Shown here: positions 53,339-64,000 of the stretch, in pieces | Numbering within the stretch: the stretch's first letter is position 1 | How the letters are laid out: each line of letters opens with the position of its first letter | NCBI RefSeq assembly: GCF_009914755.1 | Contig: NC_060927.1 | Length of the DNA stretch: 64,000 nt | Reading direction: 5' to 3' (one strand) | Source: the human T2T-CHM13v2.0 reference genome, Homo sapiens | The notes under the pieces: generated by a model | Seen by the model: only the letters and a program-made list of their open reading frames with translations | The model's database searches: none | What the model was told of the DNA's origin: nothing | Made by a program: the position numbers and the translations under genes

Positions 53339-55064
53339 AACTGGAAGAATCATAAAGAATAGTTTTAGCTTTTTATTAATCTCTTTGGTTTTACTCAATT
53401 TTGTTTTGCTAATATGAGCTAAATTATGACGATGATGATGATGCTGTCATCTCCCATTCATTGACTACCTAGGTTATGCCAGGCACTGTGCCAGATATTT
53501 TGCATGTTATTTTACTTAATCCTAAGAATTATCCTACAAAGTATATCATCCTCCTTTTTACAAACAAGGGAATTAAAAGACACTCTTAGCAAAGTTAAAC
53601 AGTGTTTTCAAACTTCAGGTCACAATCCGTCAGTGGGTAATACATCAATTTAGTGGACTACAACCAGAATTTTTTTTAACTGAAAAGGGAAGAGTGTTTC
53701 AGGAGTAGTAAATATTTTTCCAGGAAGCTTTTTTTTTTCAGGAGTGTGTGTGTGTATGTGTGTGTGTGTTGGATCAGGACGTGTAATGTATTTGCTACTG
53801 TGGATTACAGACAAAAACAAAAATTTCAAAAAACAAAGCTGAGGAAATTGTCTAGTCACCTAGATGGTGAGTAGTTAATCCAGAACTAGGATCCAGACCT
53901 GCCTCACTCCAAACCTGACACAGACTCTAATTAACAGGTGTTCCCATCTCTGGAGCACCCACGCAGTTCTAAGCCCCGGGCAAGGCCGTTGCAATTGGAA
54001 TGAACACATCTGAGACTCCGTCCCTGCTCAGCTGTGGACCAAGCAGCATCCTTTTGCAAGGAGCCAGTCCTTGGGCCCATGCTTGTCAGAGCTGGATTTG
54101 AGAACAACCCACACTGATGTTCTCTTACACGTGTAGCATTTATGAAGCCTTTCCATCTCCCTCACTTCATCACATAACCAGGGAGGGAGATTCAGTTAGA
54201 AATGTTTAATATTTTGCCTTGCTTGGCAGAGAGCCCCATAATGGATAATCTGCCCCAAGAAGAAATGTAAGGTGAAGGGGTCAGTTAACAGTAGTGACCA
54301 CCAACACCAGGCTAAGGCATTTCCTATGAGCCAGGGCCTGCCACGATGTGCTACAGATGAGAAAACTGAGGTTCAGAGGGTTGGATGATTTTTCCAAGAG
54401 CTTCACCAGTGATGAAGCCATGGCATGAACCATGTTCCAAAGCACATGACCCAAACCGTTGCCTACCCACCCTGCCCATTCTGCACCATAGGGAGCCTTG
54501 GGAAGACTATACAGTGTGGGGAAACAGAACTCAAGAGAGCTAAAGATGCCAGAAATGATGTTAGACTACAGAAGAAAGAAACACACACATAAAAACCTCT
54601 GGGATACATGAGGCTGCAAAGCAAAGATGGTAAATAGTCACCATAAGAGGAAATGGAGAGATGCTGTTTATAAACAAATTGTTGAGTATTTGTGTTGGAA
54701 AGAACCCAGTGCCTGAATTCAAGGCCCTTGTGTTAATATTTACTGTATTGTAGTAGTGAGATTTCCACGAGGCACTCTGGGTTTAGACTGGATAGGCCTT
54801 TGGATAAGAGCCTTTTGGAGGAAAACAACACAATTCAGACAGAACTTCTGGCAAACCCGAGACAGAGATTATTGCTGATTTAGAGCCTTCTCATATCTGC
54901 TGATCCCTCTCTGAAGGCCAACACAGTTCAGTCCTTCGAGACAGTTCTTCAGCTGAGTAACCCTTGGCCATTGTCCCGAGTCTGCTGTTGCCTAAAACAC
55001 TTTGTGTCTTGGTTACTCCTATTTCAGAAACCTTAATAATTCTGCATGTACACATTTGATGTTT

Positions 55065-55590
55065 CTGTCACCTAGGGCTGCATATCAAAGCATCCCAAGG
55101 CATATGGCTGAAACCAACATGTATTTTGCTCACAAATCACCATTTTGGCAGGGTTCAGTGAGGACAGCTTGTCTCTGTCCATTCGGTGTCACTTGGAGGA
55201 GCTTGCAGGCCAGAGACTGGAATCACCTGAAGCTCGTTCACTCATGTGCTTGAGCTAGAGGCTGGGAAGACACACACAGCAGGGACCCTCCATTGACCTC
55301 CTTGACCTCCGAGGTCTCTCCACGTGGTTGCCCTCAGATGGAAGCTTCAGGATACCAAGACTTCTTTCCTGTCAGCTGAGGGCTCCCAAGGTGTGTGTAC
55401 TGAGAGAGAGAGCCCAGGGGAAAACACTGCCTTTATTACTACCCTGGGAGCTGCATAGCATCACTTCATCCATGTTCTGTTCTATAGAATTGAGTCACTA
55501 AGGTGGGACCATATTCATGGAAAAGGAATTAAATTCTATGTTGGTTGGAAGGGTATCCAAGAAATTTGCCAACATGACTTAAACACCCAT
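55065..55590 (-). mobile_element. Solo MaLR LTR (MLT1F/G-like)
   Basis: tattttgctcac...ggcagggttcagtgaggacagcttgtctctg...gactggaatcacctgaag...catagcatcacttc. Confidence 0.75.
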
Positions 55591-56181
55591 GGCTGAGGGA
55601 ACCCCACAACTCTGCAGGGTCTTAGCTTTTGAGCAGCTGAATCTAAAATGTTCCTCAGCTTTCTTGAGGCAGGTGTTTACAAATTGCAAAGGCCCCAATA
55701 TTCAAAATCTTTCATTTCAATTAAGAATCTCATGCCATTAGAATAAGGAACAAGGCAACACTTTACTGGCACAGGAAGAAACTTCCCATTTGTTCTATTT
55801 CTGAAAGGTTTGTTTCACACATCCTCTACCCAGGTGGGAAATAGTCTGCAAACAAGGTCACATGACAAATGTTGGAAACGTTCTCACGAGCAAGCTCCAA
55901 TCTTAGATATTTGGGAACATGAACAAGAAACAACTGATATGCTAATTATAAAGCATTCTTCTCCATGCCTTTTACCATAGTCCCAAAGAACTTCCATTTG
56001 ACCATACTAGCTCCTTAATAGGGGAAGTAACCTGAGAATGGCCTCATTGGTCTTTCTTAAAAAATAGTGTTGAGTTTAAACATCCCAGGAATTCAAATGA
56101 GCCTTTGTTGTAACTGAACTGAATTGGTGATATCAGTTTTGCTGAGCTTATGTATAAAGTTATTTTTAAACAGTCTATAAC

Positions 56182-56364
56182 AGCGGTTCTCAAAGTGTGG
56201 CCCCAACCACACCAGCATCCCCTAGGAACTTGCAAATTCTTGTGCCCCACCCCAGATCTACTGTATCAGACACTGTGGGGAGGTGGTGGCGGTGGGGGAG
56301 CAGAGATATGTTTTAACCAGCCCTCTAGGGGATACTGAGGCAGGCTCAACCCTGAGAACCACTG
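56182..56364. mobile_element. MER5A hAT-Charlie MITE
   Basis: cagcggttctcaaagtgtggcccc...tgagaaccactg. Confidence 0.85.
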
Positions 56365-57457
56365 TCTCCAGGGGCAGGATCAGATATGGGGAGGAGCAGG
56401 CCCTCCAAGCAGGGGATGAGTGGAGCTGAGTCTGGAGCAGTGGCAAATGATGAAAAACTCACACGACTCGATTCTCTGGCCTTGCACAAATGGAGAGAAC
56501 TGATAGGGGAAAAAATAGAGCTCATCAGTGGCAGGAATGACTTCCTGCTAGTCTACATGCCCTTGGTATCATGGAAGGAAATCCAGGCCTCCAAACCTGC
56601 CTTCAACATATCTTTGTCATTTTAGGAAAGTGGTTTAATCCCTCTGGGCTTTACATTTCTAGCCTGCAAGGTGGGCAGAGTTAAGGAATACACGAGATTT
56701 TAGCAAATCATTATTGAGCCCTTATAAAGTCCAAAAATTCCATTATGTCATTTAACTCACACCACAATCCTATGAGGTTGCTATCATTACTATCGCCATT
56801 CAACAGGTGAAAAAACAGAGGCACAGGTAAGTTAGTTCATTTGCCCAAGGTCACACAGCTATGAACCCAGGCAGTCTGACTTGGTATCTCCCCTCTCAGC
56901 CACCTGTTGCAATTTAGAAATTGCAAACCTCGCTACAAAGAATTGTGGGAGAGACTAAGTTTGTGCTGAGAAAGGGCCAGGATGATGAGACCCAAGTAGG
57001 CTGGCATTCTGACTCTCGGCTGCTAGCTTGTCTCTCGTGGCTGAGGGACCACCAGACGATAGATCCAGGACAACCTCAGGTCTCTCATCCTTTGAGATGA
57101 CTGAGTTAAGGATACAGAAAATGGCTTAGAGGCAAGAAGAGCACATTTCATCCTGACACATGTTGAGAGGGCTCCTTACCTGGACATCTTGTTTTCATGG
57201 AGTGATAATGATACTGTTTGCTTAAAGGGGCTGGCTACTGGTAGAAACCAGTCCAAGAGCCAGGGATGCTAGGGAGAACAGTGAGGGAAGAAATGCTCCT
57301 CCAAGAGGGGCTTCACAAAGTGCTTTCCAACGGATGAGAAGGTTGCAAACAAGCTCTGTGAACAAGAATTTTCCTTCCTTCCTTCATACTGCTGCGAGAA
57401 TATCTCCCTACAGTGCAAATTAGAACCTTGAACTCCTCATCTCAAGAACCAGTAACG

Positions 57458-57610
57458 GGTTAGGTGCAGTGGCTCATGCCTATAATCCCAGCACTTTAGG
57501 AGGCCAAGGCGGGAGGATCCTTTGAGCTCCGGAGTTCAAGACCAGTCTGCGTAACATAGTGGGACCCCATCTCTACAAAAAATTTAAATATTTTTAAAAT
57601 GTCTTAAAAA
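57458..57610 (+). mobile_element. FLAM/free left Alu monomer inserted into an L2 remnant
   Basis: Single left arm ending tctacaaaaaa. TSD aagaaccagt at 57444-57453 and 57609-57618. Confidence 0.88.
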
Positions 57611-58550
57611 GAACCAGTCGTGGCTACCCATTGCCTCCAGAGTGAAGTCCCAACCCATAACCTGGGTTCAAAGCCACCCATGATCACCCTAAACTGCCTT
57701 TTGGACCTGATATCCCCCTCCTTCCTTCAGTGTATCATCAGGGTGCCTGCCGGTGCTCCCCAGACCAATCCAGGTGCATTTCTATCCCTCTCCCTTTCCC
57801 TACTTTCATGTCAATTCACATTTGTAAATGTGGAGTGGGGAGCCCCATTGATATATCATGGTGTTACCCAATGGGGTGTAGTTTGGTGAACTGACACGAA
57901 GTCCCTTTTGTGTGGGAGGGAAAGAGCTGGAAATTTCATTCTGTAGAAATAAGAAGCCAGACAGACAACTCACTTTGTATTCAGACAGCCCTGGCCAAAG
58001 AGTTTACAGTTCCCAGCTATGCAGGAGGGAGGGTGAAAATAAGTAGATGATGACTGGTCACTGATTTTTTGTCTAGACCCCCTGATGGGCTCCAAGCCAG
58101 CTGAGTCTCAATCATGTGAAGAGGAACAGGGTTTTCATTTGAGCGAAAAACTCACACCACTCATTCTTGGGGGTGTAACTGAAACCACAAATCTAGCATG
58201 TTCTAAGGAACATTATCAGGCACAGTCAGGATCCAGTTCAAGATATATCTAGTTGACCAAACACATTCCTTATATAGGCAGTCATTCAAGAGCTCCTACG
58301 CTCAGAAACTGCTATCAGTACATGACGTTCCTTGTTATTCAGTGTTCTTTTCCTAATTTTCACCATTTTAATGTTTATTTCCTCTTCAATATATGAGTAT
58401 ATTAAGTATGTAATCAAAGTATATAAGTTAAGAATAGTAAGTGTGCAAACTCTTATGTGCTTCCCTGTCTTCACATGGCAAAAAAGTAAATATTTCTATT
58501 TTGGCTGAAACATAGTTGATACTTACTAAGTTTAAATTAGCATCTAAAGC

Positions 58551-58905
58551 CAGGCTCAGCAAACACTTTCTTTGGAGGGCCAGGTGATAAATATTTTAGG
58601 AGATGTGAGCCAAGAGCCAAAATTGCAATATCATGTGGGCACTTTATGTAACAAGAGAGAAAACAACTTTCCATGGGTTTTTTAAATGAAATTCAAAAGA
58701 TAATAATAATTGAGCACAGAGTTTTTTTTTTTTTTTTTCCAATATAGGTCTACTAATGAGAAAAGCAGAAGGGGTTCTTTCTTGGGAGAAAACATTTCAC
58801 TGAATTGGAGGGCAAATGTAAAATCCAGTCTTCATTCTCATGGGGCTTGCGAGAACAGACAGTGGCTGGGTTTGGCCATGGGCCGTAGCTTACTGACGCC
58901 GGATC
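58551..58905. mobile_element. MER58/Cheshire-related hAT-Charlie element
   Basis: MER58-type ends caggctcagcaaacac..gggccaggtgataaatattttagg and tttggccatgggccgtagcttactgac. Confidence 0.6.
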
Positions 58906-60964
58906 TCAAGTCCACATGATGGAGTAGAAAGAACTTTGGCTTTGGAGTCAGGTTTGGCCTTTGTTCAAATCCTAGCTTTGCCTCCCATCAGCTGTGCATT
59001 ACTGAGCAAATCACTGAATCTCCCTGACCTTCAGTTTTGTAATTTCTAAGAGAGAAGATAATGATTTTCCGAATAGAAAAATAACTCTAGAAGGAGAAAT
59101 AACTCTCTCGGGCTTATGTAAGGGGTAATAGTAATGCGAGCAAAGTCCTGAGCACAGTGCTGGATGCAGACACGCTGTAGGGACATGACAGCCATTGTCG
59201 TTTCCATCATCATCGGGGCTTACAGGAGCAGGGGATAACTCCAAAATGACTCAAAAGATTGTGTGGATTGAGAATGTCAAGTTCCCATTCTTTAGAGGAT
59301 GAGAATAGGCAAGTTATAAATGTGCGATGGATGGATACCTGAATGAACCAGTGAATGAATGAGCATTTAGCAACTTTCACTGCTCCTGGGAACTGGCAGA
59401 AGACAGAAATCTAGAGCTCTCACAGAGAACTTCTCCCAGGCACACTCACCCTCCCCACAAAGCCCCAATCCTAACTGAAGCTGAGGAACAACATGAGTTG
59501 AGGTCCACCTTGTCATGGTTTCTGAGCAGGCCAGTGAAAATGTTACTGGCAGTAAAAGACAGATAAAGGAGCCCCAGATGGAAAGAGGATGACAAACAGC
59601 CAGGCACTGGCTACATTAACTGCTGAGAGGCCCTGTAGGGAAGCTGCTTCTCACCTCTAGCCATTGGGCATGCTGCTCCTTTGCCATGCCAGAATGCATT
59701 CTCCTGGGAGCCCTCCTAGCCCTTCAGACAATTCCCTGAGTTTAGTCTCCCCACCCGACCCAGCTCAGTTCCCATAGAAAGCCACAGAGCCAAGGGCGGC
59801 AGTTTGAATCCCAGCTCTGTTTCTTGGCTGTGCCCCCCTTCACAAGCTATTTTGTCTCCTTGGGCCTCGCTGGTCTTATCTATAAAATGAGTGCATTTCC
59901 TGTGTACCTACATCTCCTATCCAGAGGATTGCTGTGAGATAAATAGGAATGTGGTTGATCCCTAGAGCCCCTCATCCCTCAGAGAGGCCTCTCCTGCTAA
60001 GGTGGTCCCTGCTATCCACCCCCAAAGTCACTCTCCATTCCCTTACCCTGTGATTGTTTTCCTAGTATTTATCACACTCCATGATTATCTCATCTGTTTT
60101 TTTATATATTTATTTTCTGCCTCCACACACACAAAGCTCCAGTTTCCCTGAAGGCTCTGGCATTATCTGCCTGGGTCACTGCTGTATCCCCAGCATCTAG
60201 TCCAGGGCCTAGCACACAGTAGATGCTCAGTAAACATGGATGAGCCCCTGAAAGGCAAGAGTGTTTTGAAAGCTCCCAAGAACTTTCCACAACTGTCTCT
60301 GGAGCCCAGCTCTCTGCTGCACTTAGTCTAAACCTGTCTCTAAGGTGCAGACAGATGCATCATCTGCTAGTGTCTTCCACACTCATCTGTTGTCCCCTAA
60401 GTAGGAAGTATGAGGTGGGAGGGCAGAGGTTTCCAAATATTTATTGTTCATCTACTATGTGCCTGGCACCGAGGAGATGTGAAAGCAAGCATAGTTGGAT
60501 GTGGCTCCTGCTTCCATCTAGTGTAGAAAGAACAGGTATCAAACAACCATACAGAGAAAGGTAAGCAGAGAAGCTTTATTATGGACTTAATTGCCCCTGG
60601 AAGGAGGTCAGAGAAGATTTCCCAGAACCAAAGATCTTTAAGTCTCACATCTGAAGAATGAAAGGGAGTTAATCAGGCAAACAGGAACGGGAACAATGTA
60701 CCAGACATCCTGAACAGCAACGGCAAAGGCCTCATGGCAGGGTGGAGCATTCCTTCATTCAGCAACTATTGATGGGGAATTTATGTGTGCGGGGCCCAGT
60801 AGAGGGTCCTGGGTCAGAGCTGCAACCAAGCAGCCTCTCTCTGCCCTCTGCAGCTAGCCGCTTAGTGGAGAGAACAGATATAAATTAGATAATTCCATAG
60901 GTATTTAAAAAATAATGTTAGCTAACATACATGGAGTCCTTTTGGGGGATCTGCCAAAATCATG

Positions 60965-61602
60965 CATGGGTTCCAAATAACTTATGTAGATACTTGGCCC
61001 TGGAGGAGATGGAGCACTCTTTAGACATGGAGGGCTTGGTGACTTCCTTCCAAAGAGGATAGTATGGAAGTGGGGAGAAGAGTCACTTTACAGTGAAGAA
61101 TCTGACAAACACTGCCTCCACCAGAAGGTCAAAGTCAACCGCAACAGTGACAAGTGAGGGCGACAGTATGTACCCTTGAAGGATGTGATAAGAGGAGCAG
61201 TTTGCCCCGTGATCTTCCTCCCAACGTACTCATCATAGTAACATCAGGCAAATCCCAACTGAGGGACATTCTACAAAACACCTGACCAGTACTCCTCAAA
61301 ACTGTCATGGTGGCCAAAAACAAAGTCTGAGAAACTGTCCCAGCTAGGAGGAGCCTCAGGAGACATGACAGTTAAGTGAATCTGGGATCCTGGAATAGAA
61401 AAAGGACATTGGGTAAAGTTTATGAACACGTGAATAAAGTTTGGACTTTAGTTAATAATAGCATATCAATATTGGTTAATTAATTATGACAAATATACCT
61501 TATTAATGTAAGATGCTAATAACTCAAGAAACTGAGTGTGGAATATATAGAAATTCTCTGTGCTGTTTTTGCAATTTTTCTGTAACTCTAGAACTACTCA
61601 AA
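60965..61602 (+). mobile_element. L1MC/L1MD-type 3' UTR
   Basis: gtgacttccttccaaagag...actttacagtgaagaa...gggacattctacaaaa..cctgaccagtactcctcaaaactgtca...tctgagaaactgtc. Confidence 0.85.
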
Positions 61603-61911
61603 TATTATTATTATTATTATTTGAGACAAGGTCTCACTCTGTCACCTAGGCTGGAATGCAGTGGCACGATCATAGCTCACTGCAGCCTCAAACTCAAACT
61701 CCTGGGCTCCAGCAGTCCTCCCACCTCAGTCTTCTGAGTAGCTAGGACTACAGATGAGCACCATCACAACTGGCTAATTTTTCAATTTTTTTGTAGAGAT
61801 GGGGTCTTGCTATGTTGCCCAGGCTGGTCTCAAACTCCTGGCCTCAAATGATCCTCCTACCTCCAGTTCCCAACGTGCTAGAATTAAAGGCATAAGGCAC
61901 CACTTCTAGGC
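61603..61911 (-). mobile_element. AluJ with a (TTA)n tail on the + strand
   Basis: Antisense Alu, with aaatattatt duplicated on both flanks. Confidence 0.92.
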
Positions 61912-61944
61912 AAAAATATTATTTATTAAATATTATTTAAAACT

Positions 61945-62555
61945 CTTCATGCACGGGTAAAAAGATCCATTCAAAGTGCAAGGTAAACAAACAGGTTTTA
62001 ATGTAAACAAATATGAAAGGTTCACTGATGTGCTTTCAGATTTCACACTGCAACTAACTTGAGAAAGTATCCTGTGTCAAATTTTACTGTAGTATCAAAG
62101 AAGAATATCCACAGTTGCCTGGAAGGTCCTTTAAAATGCATCGTCCTCCTTTTTCCAACTTTATGTCAGTGTGAGTTCAGATTTTCTTCATGTATTTCAA
62201 CCAAAACAACAGCATGCAAAAGATGGGCTGCAGAAGCAGTTATGGGAATCCAGCAATCTTCTGCAAGTCATTGAAGAGATTTGCAGATATATAAAACAAT
62301 GTCTTAAAATTTTCTTCTACTTTTTTTGTTTTGAAACATATAGTTATTTTAGTAACAAGATAGGTATGTTAATGTATTACAGGTTTAGTATTGTCATTTT
62401 TAAATGAATTAAAAAAATTTAAATTGTTCTCAGTTTTAATTTCTCTTATGGTAAATATCAATAGCTATTACCCACATGAACAAAAACTCTGTAGGGGTCT
62501 TGATAATTTTTAAGAGTATAAAGGGTACTGAGACCAAACAATTTGGGAATCACTG
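61945..62555. mobile_element. Charlie1-family hAT transposon fragment (3' end with TIR)
   Basis: aaaagatccattcaaagtgcaa...gtatcaaagaagaatatccaca...tgagaccaaacaatttgggaatcactg. ORF 62059..62274 is probably a decayed transposase remnant. Confidence 0.8.
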
Positions 62556-62771
62556 TGCTAAATAAATAACTTTATTTAGTCCTCGTGAATAGCCTGTTAG
62601 GTAGGCAATATTATTGTGTCGCTTTGCAGATGACAAAACTGAGGCACGAAGAGGTATAGTGACTTGCCCAAGGTCACCCAGGAAGTAGAAAGGCTGGAGC
62701 TGGAATTCGAACCCATGTCACTGTGCTCTCCTGACTTCCTTGTCTCCTATGGTCCTTCCCCATCCTTCCAG

Positions 62772-62987
62772 GTCTGCGAGCTCTGCAAGGGAGCGGCCCC
62801 TCCTGACAGCCCCGTGGTCTACTCGGACAGGGCAGGCTACAACAAGCAGTGGCACCCCACCTGCTTTGTGTGTGCCAAGTGCTCCGAGCCGCTGGTGGAC
62901 CTCATCTACTTCTGGAAGGATGGTGCACCCTGGTGCGGCCGCCATTACTGCGAGAGTCTGCGGCCCCGGTGCTCCGGCTGCGATGAG
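62772..62987 (+). CDS. LMCD1: LMCD1 coding exon 5 (216 nt, phase 0-0), LIM domain 1 and start of LIM domain 2
   Basis: Acceptor ccttccag|GTC and donor GAG|gtggga. Shows the LIM pattern CxxC...HxxCxxCxxC...CxxH ([18 protein letters not shown]), followed by CSGC of LIM2. Confidence 0.97.
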
Positions 62988-64000
62988 GTGGGAGATAGCC
63001 GCGAGATGGGTTAGGGGGCTTGAGGGACACTGCTGAGGGTAAAAGCCCAGAGGCCAAGAGGAGCATGGCTTTGTGGATGATGTGTTCTACAGATTGGGAA
63101 ACTGAAGTCAGGCCTCACTGCATGCTCTCAACCTTCATTTTCTCATCTGCAAAATGAGGCAGACAACCATGGGATTGTTGGGAGGGCTCAGACACAGTGC
63201 CGGTGAATCTTGTCCTTGGCATAATGCCTAGCACTTAGTAAGTACTCAGAACATAGCAGGATGAACCAGGAGGCATTGCCCACGTTCAAACCTGTATCTG
63301 CATCTCTTATTATTATTATCATGTGGTTACCTAACTCCGGAGCCTCAGCTGAGTCTCAGTTTTACTACTTATAAAATAGGGATGAGACCAGCGCCCATCC
63401 CATAGAGTGGCTATGAGGATAGATGAGATAATGCATGAAAATGCTTGCCACAGGGCCTGACCTAGGAACTTATAAATGGTAGCTGCTGTTAGTCTTACGA
63501 TAATATACTATAATATGAGACTTAACATTAATATGACACAATACAATACAATATGATAGAGATGCTATGAAAGAGATTCAAGTCTCTGATACTGGTTTGA
63601 TGAAAGTAACTCTAAGGTGTATTAATAATGGCAATACTAATTATGATCATAGTATGTACTATTTGCATGCCTTTGGTTGCAGGCAATATACTAACTTCAT
63701 CTTTGGCATGTATGAAGGTTAGAAATGTCTTCTTTATATTGAACCAACATCTATTTTCTACCACCTTCTACGAATTGGTCACCATATGAAGTTAAGACCC
63801 TGTAGTCCTCTTACCTAATAACTCTGTTATTAAGTGATATTAAGAAGGAAAAGGACTGTCACAGGCCTGCCCTGGAGCCTCATTTTTGAAGTGACAACAG
63901 TATATGCACAATAACAATTCTCTATCATTTATTAAGGGCTTACGGTGGGTCAGTAATTTGCTACATACTTTACGTACAACATGCTATTTATATCACAACA

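Overview
Primate (almost certainly human) genomic DNA covering the interior of LMCD1 (LIM and cysteine-rich domains 1, dyxin; PET/LIM testin family) on the + strand. The window starts inside the long first intron; coding exon 1 is upstream and not included. It contains coding exons 2 (30040-30128), 3 (34488-34743), 4 (45908-46243) and 5 (62772-62987), all GT-AG and phase-consistent, and ends in intron 5. Apart from the ORFs overlapping these exons, the supplied ORF track looks like noise from introns and repeats. The introns hold the usual Alu, L1, L2, MIR, MaLR LTR and hAT/Tigger relics plus microsatellites. I see no prokaryote-type or otherwise new multi-gene system. The most notable unexplained structures are: a 115-bp inverted duplication of unique sequence inserted into an old L1 (10538-10652 vs 11223-11337); a candidate alternative last exon after exon 4 giving a LIM-less protein with a hydrophobic tail and an L2-derived poly(A) signal; a 47-bp direct repeat and an inverted AluY pair that both bracket exon 4; a twin-primed L1PA with a perfect 52-bp internal duplication; and a template-switch hairpin inside an Alu. 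Repeat subfamily names come from visual recognition and their boundaries are approximate (about 10-30 bp).
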